A stretch of 64,000 nucleotides of DNA from Candidatus Aenigmatarchaeota archaeon (lineage in GTDB: Archaea > Aenigmatarchaeota > Aenigmatarchaeia > QMZP01 > QMZT01), in contig CAVSBQ010000002.1 of assembly GCA_963726265.1 (NCBI GenBank), positions 832,001-896,000 of the forward strand, read 5' to 3'. A program made the translations under genes and the position numbers. The notes beneath the pieces were generated by a model, which was not told the DNA's origin, did not search any database, and saw only the letters and a program-made list of their open reading frames with translations. This document shows, one piece after another, positions 9,268-19,190 of the stretch (position 1 is its first letter; every line of letters starts with the position of its first letter).

Positions 9268-9483
9268 TTGGAACATATGCTAGTCCCCAAGTTCAGAGTT
9301 CTTTCTGAAGAGGAGAAAAAGACGATCCTCGAGAAGTTCAGGACAACCCAGGACAAGCTGCCGAAGATTCTGGAGGCGGACCCGATTGTGGCCACACTGG
9401 GCGCGAAAAGGGGCGATCTGCTCGAGATAACCAGGGATTCGGAAGTTGCCGGACAAAGCCTTTATTACAGGGTTGTCGTCTAG
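9268..9483 (+). CDS. rpoH: RNA polymerase subunit H (Rpo5); start uncertain
   Basis: HMLVPK, LPKILEADP, GDLLEITRDS, YYRVV. Confidence 0.95.
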   Translation: MEHMLVPKFRVLSEEEKKTILEKFRTTQDKLPKILEADPIVATLGAKRGDLLEITRDSEVAGQSLYYRVVV

Positions 9484-9496
9484 ACTGGATGGAAGC

Positions 9497-10975
9497 ATGA
9501 TTGTAGCTATCGTAGGCGGTTTCGGGAAGGAGAGAGAGTGGGTCAGGTACCAGATCGAATCCTTCAACAACTTCATAGACTTCGGCCTCCAGAAGATAAT
9601 AAACGAGGTCGGGACGATACGCGTGGCGCAGGACAAGGAGGACCTCAAGATAAAGTTCGGCGAGGTCACGCTGGGGAAGCCCGTCATGCACGAGGCCGAC
9701 GGCTCGAGCCGCGCGATTTACCCCAACGAGGCGAGGATACGCAACCTGAATTACATGGCTCCTATTTTTGTGAAAATAACCCCGATATTCAACGGCGTGC
9801 AGGAGAAGTCCGAGAACGTCCACGTGGGCGACCTGCCTGTCATGGTCAAGTCGAAGATATGCAACCTCACCGGCATAAACGAAGAAGAGCTCGTCGCGGC
9901 GGGCGAGGATCCGACCGACCCGGGGGGCTATTTCGTCGTCAACGGCACTGAACGGGTGCTGGTACTCATAGAGGAAATCTCGTCCAACAAACCGATTTTC
10001 GAGAAGACGGAGGGAGACGGGGTGACGGTGAGGATAAACTCCGAAAGGTCGGGCTTCAAACAGAGGCATCTCGTCGAGATGAAACCCGACGGCGAAATAA
10101 CCATATCCTTCGCGAACATCAAGAAGCTGCCGATTGTCGTCCTCATGAAGGCGCTCGGACTCGAGAATGACAAGGAGCTGTGCGACATGGTCTCGAAGGA
10201 CGAGAAGATACTCAACGAGTTCTACACGAACCTTTACGAGACCGACGTCATAACGACGGAAGAAGCGGTCGATTTCATAGGCAAGAAGCTCAAGGTCACC
10301 AAGGACTACATACAGGAGAGGGTGAACCAGATCCTTGACCGCTACCTGCTGCCCCATCTGGGCCAGGAAGTCGGCGACAGGCTCAGGAAGAGCAAATACC
10401 TGGCGAGAATCATAAGGAAGTGCATCTCAGTCAGGACGGGCATTTCACCCGAGGACGACATAGACCATTATTCGAACAAACGACTCCTGATGTCGGGCGA
10501 ACTGTTCGAGCAGCTGTTCCGCTCCATCCTTCTAGGCCGCTGGGGCCTGATAGCCAAGATGACTTATAATTACCAGAAGCTTGTAAAAAGGGGAAAATTC
10601 CCGTCCGTCCAGTCCATCATAGAAGCGAACACAGTGACGAAGCAGATCCTTTCGTCGCTCGCTACGGGGACATGGATAGGCGGGCGAACCGGCGTATCAC
10701 AGCGGCTTGACAGGAGCTCTTACATCAAGACGGTCTCGCACCTGCGCTCCGTGCTCTCGCCGCTCACACCGACGCAGGAGCACTTCAAGGCAAGGCAGAT
10801 ACACCCGACCGAATGGGGAAGGCTTTGCCCCGCCGAAACGCCGGAAGGAAGCTCAATCGGCCTGAGGAAGCATCTGGCCTTATTGACGGAGATAACGCCC
10901 GGCGTATCGAAAGAGGAAGAGGATGCGATACTTGGCCTTCTGCAGGCCGGCGAAAAACACGGAGGCAAAAAATGA
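9497..10975 (+). CDS. rpoB2: RNA polymerase subunit B'' (Rpo2N)
   Basis: QIESFN, PNEARIRNLNY, DPGGYFVVNGTERV, WGRLCPAETPEG. Confidence 0.95.
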   Translation: MIVAIVGGFGKEREWVRYQIESFNNFIDFGLQKIINEVGTIRVAQDKEDLKIKFGEVTLGKPVMHEADGSSRAIYPNEARIRNLNYMAPIFVKITPIFNGVQEKSENVHVGDLPVMVKSKICNLTGINEEELVAAGEDPTDPGGYFVVNGTERVLVLIEEISSNKPIFEKTEGDGVTVRINSERSGFKQRHLVEMKPDGEITISFANIKKLPIVVLMKALGLENDKELCDMVSKDEKILNEFYTNLYETDVITTEEAVDFIGKKLKVTKDYIQERVNQILDRYLLPHLGQEVGDRLRKSKYLARIIRKCISVRTGISPEDDIDHYSNKRLLMSGELFEQLFRSILLGRWGLIAKMTYNYQKLVKRGKFPSVQSIIEANTVTKQILSSLATGTWIGGRTGVSQRLDRSSYIKTVSHLRSVLSPLTPTQEHFKARQIHPTEWGRLCPAETPEGSSIGLRKHLALLTEITPGVSKEEEDAILGLLQAGEKHGGKK

Positions 10976-12774
10976 AGGGCAAACTTGACGCTGACATATA
11001 TTACAACGGCGATTTCATAGGCACCACGGACAAGCCGGAGGAACTCGTGGCGGAAATAAGGAAGAAGAGGAGGCACGGCCTCATCTCCGACCAGCTCAAC
11101 ATCTCCTTCCACTCGGAGTTCAACGAGATAAGAATCAACACGGATTCCGGCCGCGCGAGAAGGCCGCTGGTCGTCGTCGAGGACGGCAAGGCGAAGCTGA
11201 CGATGGAGCACGTAGAAAAGCTCGACAAGGGCAAGATAACGTGGAGCTACCTCGTGAAGCACGGCATAATAGAATACGTCGATGCCGAAGAGGAAGAGAA
11301 CAGCTATATCGCGATAGACCCTACAAAGGTAACGAAGGAGCACACTCATGCTGAGATCAACCCCATCCTCATACTTGGCATTTCCGCGAGCCTCACGCCT
11401 TATCCGGAATACAACCGAGGCGACCGCGTCAACTACGGGGCGAAGATGGTCGGCCAGGCAATCGGAGCGCCGATAGACAACTTCCACGTCAGGACGGACA
11501 CGAAGTTCAACGTCCTGACCTATGCGCAGATGCCGCTGGTCGAGACGGCGACGGACAAAATCCTGCGTCAACATCCCTACGGCCAGAACATCGTCGTCGC
11601 GGTGATGTGCTGGGACGGCTTCAACATGAACGACGCCGTCGTCCTGAACAAAGCTTCCGTCGATAGGGGCATGTTCCGCTCATTCTATTTCCGCACGTAT
11701 GAAACCATCCGCAAGCGCTACTGGGGAGGCCAGGAAGACGTCATAAGCCTGCCCGAGCCTGGCATAAAGGGCTACAGGGGCGAGGATGCTTACAAGGAAA
11801 TCCCTGAAGACGGCATAATAAATCCCGAGACGCATGTCGAATCCGATTCGGTCCTCATAGGCAAGATATCGCCGCTGCGTTTCCTCACCGGAGGCGATTT
11901 CACGACGGACATCGAGAACAAGCGCGAGTCATCCGTAACGATACGCTACGGCGAACGCGGCATCGTCGACAGGGTGCTCATATCAGAAACCGGAAGCGGC
12001 GAGCAGCTGTTCAAGATAAGGACCAGGGACGAGAGGACGCCCGAGCTCGGCGACAAGTTCGCGACGAGGCATGGACAAAAGGGAGTGACCGCGCTGCTCG
12101 TGGCCCAGGAGGACATGCCCTTCACCAAGGAGGGCATAGTGCCCGACATCGTCTTCAATCCGCATGGTATCCCGTCGCGTATGACCGTGAGCCAACTGCT
12201 TGAACTCCTCGCGGGCAAATACGGCTCGATAGCGGGAACGAAAATCGACTCGTCCGCGTTCTCCGGCATGAAAGAGGAATTCATAAGGAAGGAGATGAAG
12301 AAGCTGGGCTTCCGCGACGACGGCAAGGAGACGCTTTACGACGGACGAACCGGCAAGAAGTTCCAGGTCATGATTTTCACAGGCATCGCATACTACATGA
12401 AGCTCGACCACATGGTCGCGGACAAGATACACGCGCGCTCGAAAGGGCCGGTCACACTGCTTACGAGACAGCCGACCGAGGGCCGTTCGAAGCGCGGCGG
12501 GCTTCGCCTCGGAGAGATGGAGCAGCAGTGCCTGGTCGGGCATGGCGCCGCGCTGACGCTGAAGGAGCGCTTCAACTCCGACGAGACGTCGCTGCCCATA
12601 TGCCAGTCATGCGGCCTCATAGCGATATACGACAAGACGAAGAACAAGACGTTCTGCCCCATATGCAAGGATTCGAAAATCCTCTGGGTTTCGACGTCAT
12701 ACGCGTTCAAGCTCACGATGGACGAGCTGAAATCGATAGGCGTCTACCCGAGGCTCAACGTGATTGAGATTTAG
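10972..12774 (+). CDS. rpoB1: RNA polymerase subunit B' (Rpo2C)
   Basis: GDKFATRHGQKG, NPHGIPSRMT, RQPTEGRSKRGGLRLGEME. Confidence 0.96.
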   Translation: MKGKLDADIYYNGDFIGTTDKPEELVAEIRKKRRHGLISDQLNISFHSEFNEIRINTDSGRARRPLVVVEDGKAKLTMEHVEKLDKGKITWSYLVKHGIIEYVDAEEEENSYIAIDPTKVTKEHTHAEINPILILGISASLTPYPEYNRGDRVNYGAKMVGQAIGAPIDNFHVRTDTKFNVLTYAQMPLVETATDKILRQHPYGQNIVVAVMCWDGFNMNDAVVLNKASVDRGMFRSFYFRTYETIRKRYWGGQEDVISLPEPGIKGYRGEDAYKEIPEDGIINPETHVESDSVLIGKISPLRFLTGGDFTTDIENKRESSVTIRYGERGIVDRVLISETGSGEQLFKIRTRDERTPELGDKFATRHGQKGVTALLVAQEDMPFTKEGIVPDIVFNPHGIPSRMTVSQLLELLAGKYGSIAGTKIDSSAFSGMKEEFIRKEMKKLGFRDDGKETLYDGRTGKKFQVMIFTGIAYYMKLDHMVADKIHARSKGPVTLLTRQPTEGRSKRGGLRLGEMEQQCLVGHGAALTLKERFNSDETSLPICQSCGLIAIYDKTKNKTFCPICKDSKILWVSTSYAFKLTMDELKSIGVYPRLNVIEI

Positions 12775-12812
12775 AAGTGATGATAAGCAGATTAAATACT
12801 GAAAAATGATGA

Positions 12813-15329
12813 ATGGTGAATAATATGACTACCGAGCTGTCAAAGATAAGTTCAATCGACTTTGGCATACTTTCGCCGAGCATGGTCAAGTCTCTGGCTA
12901 CCGTAAGGATCGTAACTTCGGATCTTTACGACGCGGACGGCTACCCGGTTGACGGCGGCGCAATGGACCCGAGGATGGGCGTAGTCGACCCGGGGCTCCG
13001 CTGCAGGACGTGCGGCGGGACGATAGGCGACTGCCCTGGCCACTTCGGCTACGTCGAGCTCGCCAGGCCGGCCATACACGTCATGTATAGTAAGCAGATT
13101 TACCAGTTGCTGAAAGCGACGTGCTCTAAATGCGGGAGGCTTTTGAATAAAACTCCGCGCTCGCTGGACCAGGTTTCCAAGGCGCCTCTCAGGAAATGCC
13201 CGCACTGCGACAAGCAGGGAGGCAAGGTCAGCTTCGTCAAGCCCTACACGTATTATTACGGCAAGGAAGAGCTCAACCCCATGCAGATAAGGGAGTGGTT
13301 CGAGAGGGTAAAGGACGAGGACCTGCAGAAAATCGGCTTCCGAGGAGGACGGCCTGAATGGCTCATACTCACGCTTTTCCCCATCCCTCCGGTCACCATG
13401 AGACCGAGCATTACTCTAGAGACTGGAGAGCGCTCCGAAGACGACCTGACCCACAAGCTGGTCGACATAGTCAGGATAAACCAGTCGCTGAAAGAAAACA
13501 TAGACATCGGCGCGCCCGAGTTCATCCTCAACGACCTTTGGGAGCTTTTGCAGTATCACGTTTCCACGTATTTCGACAACGAGCTGACCGGCGTTCCGCA
13601 GGCGAGGCATCGTTCCGGCCGACCGTTAAAAGGGATAATACAGAGGCTCAAGGCGAAGGAAGGCCGCATACGAGGAAACCTGCTCGGCAAGAGGGTGAAC
13701 TATTCCTCGCGCACGGTCATTTCGCCCGACCCGACGCTCTCGATAAACGAGGTCGGCATACCAGCAGAAGAAGTCGCGAAGGAGCTCACGATTCCCGAGA
13801 CCATCACGCAGCTCAACATCAAGGACATAAAGGAGCTGATAAAGGACGGCAGGGTCAACTACATAACCAGGCCGGACGGCAGGAAGATAAAGGTCACGGA
13901 CGAGAACAGGAAGGACATAACGGGCAACATAGCCGCCGGATGGGGCGTGGACAGGCAGCTGAAGGACGGCGATGTAGTCCTGTTCAACCGCCAGCCCTCG
14001 CTGCACAGGGTCTCCATCATGGTCCATCGCGTAAAGGTAATGCCTTACAGGACGTTCCGCATGAACCCGAGCGTATGCGCTCCTTACAATGCGGATTTCG
14101 ACGGCGACGAGATGAACGTCCACGCGTTACAATCTGAAGAAGCGCAGGTCGAGGCGTCCATGCTGATGGAGGTCAAGAACAACATAATCTCGCCGAGGTT
14201 CGGAGGCCCGCTTGTCGGGCTCGACCTCGACCACATTTCAGGCATGTATCTGCTGACGAAGAAGGAAACCGTGCTCAGCAGGAGGGAGACGTCCGAGCTT
14301 TTTTCAAGGGCGTCGATAGACATAGAGCTGCCGGACAAGGACAAGTTCACGGGCAAGGAAATCGTGAGCCTGCTGCTGCCCAAGGGCCTGAACATGGACT
14401 TCAAAGCGAATGCCTGCAAAGAATGCGACAGGTGCTCCAAGGAGGAGTGCAAGCACGACATGTGGGTTTCGATAAAGAACGGCGAGCTGAAGAGCGGCGT
14501 GATAGACACGAGGGCGGTAGGCGCCTTCAAGGGAAAAATGCTCAACAAGGTGAGGCGCCTCGTCACGGATGACGAGCTCAAGAATTTCATAGACAACTTC
14601 GGCCGGCTCGGCGCTTCGTATCTCATGATGAGAGGCTTCTCCATAGGCATATCCGACCTCGACGTCCCGCCGAGAATCGGGAAGGTGATAGAGGAGGAGA
14701 TAGAGAAGGCGACGAAGGACTCGGACAAGCTCGTCGACAAGTTCGGCGAGGGCAAGCTGAAGGTCCTGCCGGGCATGACGCCCGAGGAGTCGCTGGAGAC
14801 CCAGATACTTTCAACGCTCGCTGAGGGCCTGAACAGGGTCAGCGACATCATGATAAAGAACATCAGGCCGAGCGACATCATCTACATGGCGGAATCGGGA
14901 GCGAAGGGCTCGAACATCAACACGACCCAGATGTCCGCATGCGTCGGCTCCGAAACCATCCTAGGCAAGCGCATACAGAGGGGCTATCTCGGACGAACGA
15001 CGACGCATTTCAAGGTCGGCGATTTGTCGGCCGGGACGAGAGGCTTCGTTGCGAGGGGTTTCAAGCAGGGGCTGACGCCCTTCGAGTTCTTCTGGAACGT
15101 CATGAACGGACGAGAAGGACTGATGGACAAGTCGCTGCGAACCAGAAAATCCGGATACATGCAGCGCCGCCTCATGAACTCGCTGCAGGACCTCAAGGTA
15201 TGCAATGACATGAGCGTGCGCGACTCGAACGGCAACATCATACAGTTCGTCGTCGGCGAGGACGCGATTGACCCCACCAAATCGGACTGGGGCAAGCTCA
15301 ACTGGATAGACTACGTGGAACATGGCTAA
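12813..15329 (+). CDS. rpoA1: RNA polymerase subunit A' (Rpo1N)
   Basis: Catalytic YNADFDGDEMN, CPGHFG, FNRQPSLH. Confidence 0.97.
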   Translation: MVNNMTTELSKISSIDFGILSPSMVKSLATVRIVTSDLYDADGYPVDGGAMDPRMGVVDPGLRCRTCGGTIGDCPGHFGYVELARPAIHVMYSKQIYQLLKATCSKCGRLLNKTPRSLDQVSKAPLRKCPHCDKQGGKVSFVKPYTYYYGKEELNPMQIREWFERVKDEDLQKIGFRGGRPEWLILTLFPIPPVTMRPSITLETGERSEDDLTHKLVDIVRINQSLKENIDIGAPEFILNDLWELLQYHVSTYFDNELTGVPQARHRSGRPLKGIIQRLKAKEGRIRGNLLGKRVNYSSRTVISPDPTLSINEVGIPAEEVAKELTIPETITQLNIKDIKELIKDGRVNYITRPDGRKIKVTDENRKDITGNIAAGWGVDRQLKDGDVVLFNRQPSLHRVSIMVHRVKVMPYRTFRMNPSVCAPYNADFDGDEMNVHALQSEEAQVEASMLMEVKNNIISPRFGGPLVGLDLDHISGMYLLTKKETVLSRRETSELFSRASIDIELPDKDKFTGKEIVSLLLPKGLNMDFKANACKECDRCSKEECKHDMWVSIKNGELKSGVIDTRAVGAFKGKMLNKVRRLVTDDELKNFIDNFGRLGASYLMMRGFSIGISDLDVPPRIGKVIEEEIEKATKDSDKLVDKFGEGKLKVLPGMTPEESLETQILSTLAEGLNRVSDIMIKNIRPSDIIYMAESGAKGSNINTTQMSACVGSETILGKRIQRGYLGRTTTHFKVGDLSAGTRGFVARGFKQGLTPFEFFWNVMNGREGLMDKSLRTRKSGYMQRRLMNSLQDLKVCNDMSVRDSNGNIIQFVVGEDAIDPTKSDWGKLNWIDYVEHG

Positions 15330-15334
15330 GGTGC

Positions 15335-17938
15335 ATGATTATGGAAAAAATGCCTATTAAGATCAGGGAAGAAGTGGACGAATACTGCAAGCGCAAGGGC
15401 TACAACGACGAGAAACGCAGGCAGATAATGGAAAAGGTCAGGCATTTCTACAAGAACGCGATGTACGATCCCGAAGAGGCAGTCGGAGTCGTCAGCGCGC
15501 AGTCGCTTTCAGAACCCGCGACGCAGATGTCGGTCTCGCCGCATGAAAAGATAGTTCTCAAAAAAGACGGAGTCACAGCGGTGGTACGCATGGGGGAATT
15601 CGTGGACGGGATGATAGAAAGGACGGGATACGCTGAAAACGGCTGGGACGTGTGCGACCTCTCTTCTTATGACATCCGCGTTCCGAGCATAACCAGCGAT
15701 GAAAAGATAGAATGGAAGCGCGTGCTGGAATGCAGCAGGCATGAGGCGCCTCGTCATCTTATAAGAATTGCCTTGTCGTCGGGCAGGGAGATAACGGCGA
15801 CTGATTCGCATTCGTTCGTCGTGAGAAAAGACAACAAAATCGTTCCGGTTAGCGGCGCGGATCTTAGGCGGGGCGAAAGGCTGCCAGTCATCAGGCACCT
15901 GAGGGACAACTGCACCCGCTGCCTCAGGCTGGAGACGCTCGTGGATACTGCCGGCGCCAGGAAAAGCATGCCGCCCCAGCTCATGCTGGATGAAGCCTTG
16001 GGCTGGATGATGGGGGCATACCTGGCAGAGGGGAACTCCACCAAATATTATACGTCACTTTCAAACGTCAGCCCGGAATTCCTTTCTCAGGTAAGGCAGT
16101 TCGCTGAAAAATACGGCTTTACCCACAACGAATACGACAATACACGCGGCTTCGCCATGGGCCATGACATAAGGATAAATTCCATGCTTCTGTCCAGATT
16201 GTTCGCAAAAACGTGCGGGACGGGCTCGGCGAACAAAAAAATACCCCACTTCGCTTACGGAGCGGCCGAGGAATTTGTTTCAGGCCTGCTGAGAGGCTAC
16301 TTCGACGGTGACGGAAGCGTTTCAGTTCAAAGGAAAATGATAAGGGCTTCGTCGAATTCGGAGGAGCTCATAGACGGCGTAGCGCTTCTCCTCTCGCGTT
16401 TCGGGATTTTCGCAACGAAGCAAAGAGGAAAGCAGTTTTCGCTTATCATAACATACAAATACGCAAAAACGTTCAGGAAAAAGATAGGCTTTTCCATAAA
16501 CTCCAAGCAGGAAAAGCTGAGGCAGCTGGATGATTCCGGCTTCAGGCCCAAACAGGATTTCACGGACATGGTTTCGGGTTACGGAAACCTGTTCATGGAC
16601 GTTGCGAAAAGAATCGGATACCCGACAAGATACGTGAACAACTTCACCAAGAGGGGCAGGATAGGCAGGGAGACGCTTTTGAAATACACGGGCATTTTTG
16701 AGCGCGAAGCGGCGAAAAAGGGGACGGACATCGAAAAGGAAATTTTCATGCTCAGACAGATGGCAAACGCCGATGTCGTATGGGACGAAATCGTAAAAAT
16801 AGAAAAGGTGAAGCCGCCTTCGCAGCACGTCTACGATCTGACAGTCGAGGGGACGGAAACCTTCGCCACTTTTGAAGGCGTTATCACCCACAACACCATG
16901 CGAACATACCACTTCGCAGGAACGGCGGGCATTCAGGTCACGCTGGGTCTTCCCAGGCTCGCCGAGATTTTCGACGCCAAGAAGGAGCCGGAGACGCCGA
17001 GCATGAGCATATACCTCCTGCCCGAGCAGAACAAGGAGGAGAAGGCCATAGAAATCGCGAAGAAGATAAAGGAAGTGAAGCTGCGCGACTTCGTCCTGAG
17101 CGACGTCATAGACCTGATAAACCTGACCATCTCATGCGCGCTCGACGTCGAGAAGCTGAAGAAGTTCGACCTCGACCCCAAGGAGCTGACCAAGCACGTC
17201 AAGCTGAAGAACATCGACGTCGAAGTCAAGGGAAAGGAGCTCATAGTTTCATCCAAGAAGGCGGAAAACATGAACCTGCACAAGCTCAAATACAAGCTGC
17301 TCGAATCGCACATAAAGGGCGTGAAGAACATATCGCACGTCATAGTCAGCAAGGAGGGAAGCGGCGAGTGGCTCATCTCGACGCTGGGCTCGAACCTGCG
17401 CAAGGTCCTGGCCATCGAAGGCGTCGACACGGCGAGGACGACGTGCAACAATCCCTTCGAGATATGCGACGTCTTCGGCATCGAGGCCGCGAGGAACTCG
17501 ATAATAAAGGAAGCGGTCGAGACCATAAGCGAGCAGGGCCTCGGGGTCGACATACGCTACGTTTGCATCCTGGCCGACCTGATGACCTCGAACGGCAGGA
17601 TAATGGGCATCGGAAGGTATGGCATCGCAGGCAACAAGGACTCCGTTCTGGCAAGGATGGCCTTCGAGGAGACGAAGAAGCACATCATCTCAGCGGCAAT
17701 CGAAGGCATGCGCGACCCGCTGAAAGGGCATGTCGAGAACATCATCATGAACCAGGTCATACCCATGGGAACCGGGGCGTTCACGCTCGTCGGCAGGATG
17801 CCGGAAATAAAGAAAGAGGAAACGCCGGCCGAGGAAGAAGAGAAGGCCGTGAAGAAGGAAAAGCCAAGGCAAGCGAAAAAGGAAGCCGCGAAAAAGACGA
17901 AGGAAAAGAAGAAAAGCGCTGCCAGGAAAAAGCAATAA
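15335..17938 (+). CDS. rpoA2: RNA polymerase subunit A'' (Rpo1C), intein-containing
   Basis: AQSLSEPATQM|TMRTYHFAG extein junction, TLGLPRL, LARMAFE. Confidence 0.95.
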   Translation: MIMEKMPIKIREEVDEYCKRKGYNDEKRRQIMEKVRHFYKNAMYDPEEAVGVVSAQSLSEPATQMSVSPHEKIVLKKDGVTAVVRMGEFVDGMIERTGYAENGWDVCDLSSYDIRVPSITSDEKIEWKRVLECSRHEAPRHLIRIALSSGREITATDSHSFVVRKDNKIVPVSGADLRRGERLPVIRHLRDNCTRCLRLETLVDTAGARKSMPPQLMLDEALGWMMGAYLAEGNSTKYYTSLSNVSPEFLSQVRQFAEKYGFTHNEYDNTRGFAMGHDIRINSMLLSRLFAKTCGTGSANKKIPHFAYGAAEEFVSGLLRGYFDGDGSVSVQRKMIRASSNSEELIDGVALLLSRFGIFATKQRGKQFSLIITYKYAKTFRKKIGFSINSKQEKLRQLDDSGFRPKQDFTDMVSGYGNLFMDVAKRIGYPTRYVNNFTKRGRIGRETLLKYTGIFEREAAKKGTDIEKEIFMLRQMANADVVWDEIVKIEKVKPPSQHVYDLTVEGTETFATFEGVITHNTMRTYHFAGTAGIQVTLGLPRLAEIFDAKKEPETPSMSIYLLPEQNKEEKAIEIAKKIKEVKLRDFVLSDVIDLINLTISCALDVEKLKKFDLDPKELTKHVKLKNIDVEVKGKELIVSSKKAENMNLHKLKYKLLESHIKGVKNISHVIVSKEGSGEWLISTLGSNLRKVLAIEGVDTARTTCNNPFEICDVFGIEAARNSIIKEAVETISEQGLGVDIRYVCILADLMTSNGRIMGIGRYGIAGNKDSVLARMAFEETKKHIISAAIEGMRDPLKGHVENIIMNQVIPMGTGAFTLVGRMPEIKKEETPAEEEEKAVKKEKPRQAKKEAAKKTKEKKKSAARKKQ
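15530..16894 (+). mobile_element. Intein (455 aa) with LAGLIDADG homing endonuclease
   Basis: N-terminal Ser, block B ITATDSH, motifs GAYLAEG and RGYFDGDG, VYDLTV, C-terminal HN followed by Thr. Confidence 0.95.
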
Positions 17939-17986
17939 GGCTTAAATATATTGGCTTCTAAACATATTCATATTTCAGGTGTCGAT

Positions 17987-18532
17987 ATGCTTAAGGAAGA
18001 ACTGGAAATCCCGCAGGGGCTTGAAGCGAGGTTCGCAAAAGACAGCCTTTTCATCAAAGGCAGCAAGGGCGAGCTCATCAAGGAGTTCAGGCACCCGCTG
18101 GTCAGCGTGAAGGTCGAAGGCGGCAAAATCATCATCGCCTCGGAGAACGAAAGGAAAAAGGTCAAGGCCATAATCGGCACCTGGGCCGTCATAACCAGGA
18201 ACATGTTCACCGGCGTCACGCAAGGATGGAAGGGCGAGATGAAGCTCGTCTATTCCCACTTCCCGATAAAGCTCAAGCTCGAGGGGAGCAAGCTTCTCAT
18301 AGAGAATTTCCTCGGCGAGAGGAGCGCGAGAAAGGCCACGCTCCCGCCAAACGTGAAAGTGGAGATAGACAAGAACGTCATTTATGTTTCCGGCTTGGAC
18401 AAGGAGCTCGTAGGCCAGGCCTGCTCGCGCATAGAGCAGGCGACGAGGATAAAGGGCTATGACAAACGCGTCTTCCAGGACGGCCTTTACATAACAAGCA
18501 AGCCGCTTCCGGAGGGAGAGCATGAAAAGTAA
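17987..18532 (+). CDS. rpl6: 50S ribosomal protein L6
   Basis: YSHFPI, IENFLGE, DKRVFQDGLYI. Confidence 0.95.
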   Translation: MLKEELEIPQGLEARFAKDSLFIKGSKGELIKEFRHPLVSVKVEGGKIIIASENERKKVKAIIGTWAVITRNMFTGVTQGWKGEMKLVYSHFPIKLKLEGSKLLIENFLGERSARKATLPPNVKVEIDKNVIYVSGLDKELVGQACSRIEQATRIKGYDKRVFQDGLYITSKPLPEGEHEK

Positions 18533-18911
18533 GGAACAGCTTCTCGAATTGAGGAAGAAGATGAAGAAGAAGAGGCCGTCTTTTAAACGCCAGGAATGGT
18601 TCAGGAAGAAGGAAAGGCTCGGCGAGAAGTGGAGGAAGCCGAGGGGCATCCATTCCAAGCTCCGCGAGCACAGGATAGCAAGAGGAGCGCTGCCTCATGC
18701 GGGATACGGCTCTCCTGCCGCTGTGCGCGGGCTGGACAGGCAGGGTTACAGGGAAGTCATCGTCAGGAACGTGCATGACATACAGAAGATAAGCCACAAA
18801 GAGGAAATAGCGATAATAGCGAGCGGCGTGGGCAAGAGGAAACGCCTTGAAATCCTGGAATTCGCCATGAAAAACAATATAAGAGTCGGCAACAAAAGTA
18901 AATTTGTATGA
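18522..18911 (+). CDS. rpl32e: 50S ribosomal protein L32e
   Basis: FKRQE, WRKPRGIHSK, GYGSP. Confidence 0.95.
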   Translation: MKSKEQLLELRKKMKKKRPSFKRQEWFRKKERLGEKWRKPRGIHSKLREHRIARGALPHAGYGSPAAVRGLDRQGYREVIVRNVHDIQKISHKEEIAIIASGVGKRKRLEILEFAMKNNIRVGNKSKFV

Positions 18912-18986
18912 CCGGTTTTTTGCGTTACGCGGTCGGCCGGCAAACCGGGATTTGAGGGTTTTGGGCATATAGAGGTTTGGGATAGC

Positions 18987-19142
18987 ATGATATTCGAATA
19001 CAACTGCCCCAGTTGCGGGGCGCACGGAAAGCTGTGGAACAGGAAGCCGGAGGCCTTCATCTGCCCGAAGTGCTCGACCGTTTTCTCGAAATTCGGCATA
19101 GTCTTCGAGCCGCCTGAAGAAGACGGCGAAGTCTGGACCTGA
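18987..19142 (+). CDS. Small zinc-ribbon protein (51 aa, below ORF-track cutoff)
   Basis: MIFEYNCPSCG...FICPKCST; GAGGT SD upstream. Confidence 0.75.
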   Translation: MIFEYNCPSCGAHGKLWNRKPEAFICPKCSTVFSKFGIVFEPPEEDGEVWT

Positions 19143-19190
19143 TGCAGGTTTCCCATTTTTTCGCTTTTTCGCAAAAGTAGAATTAGCAGG

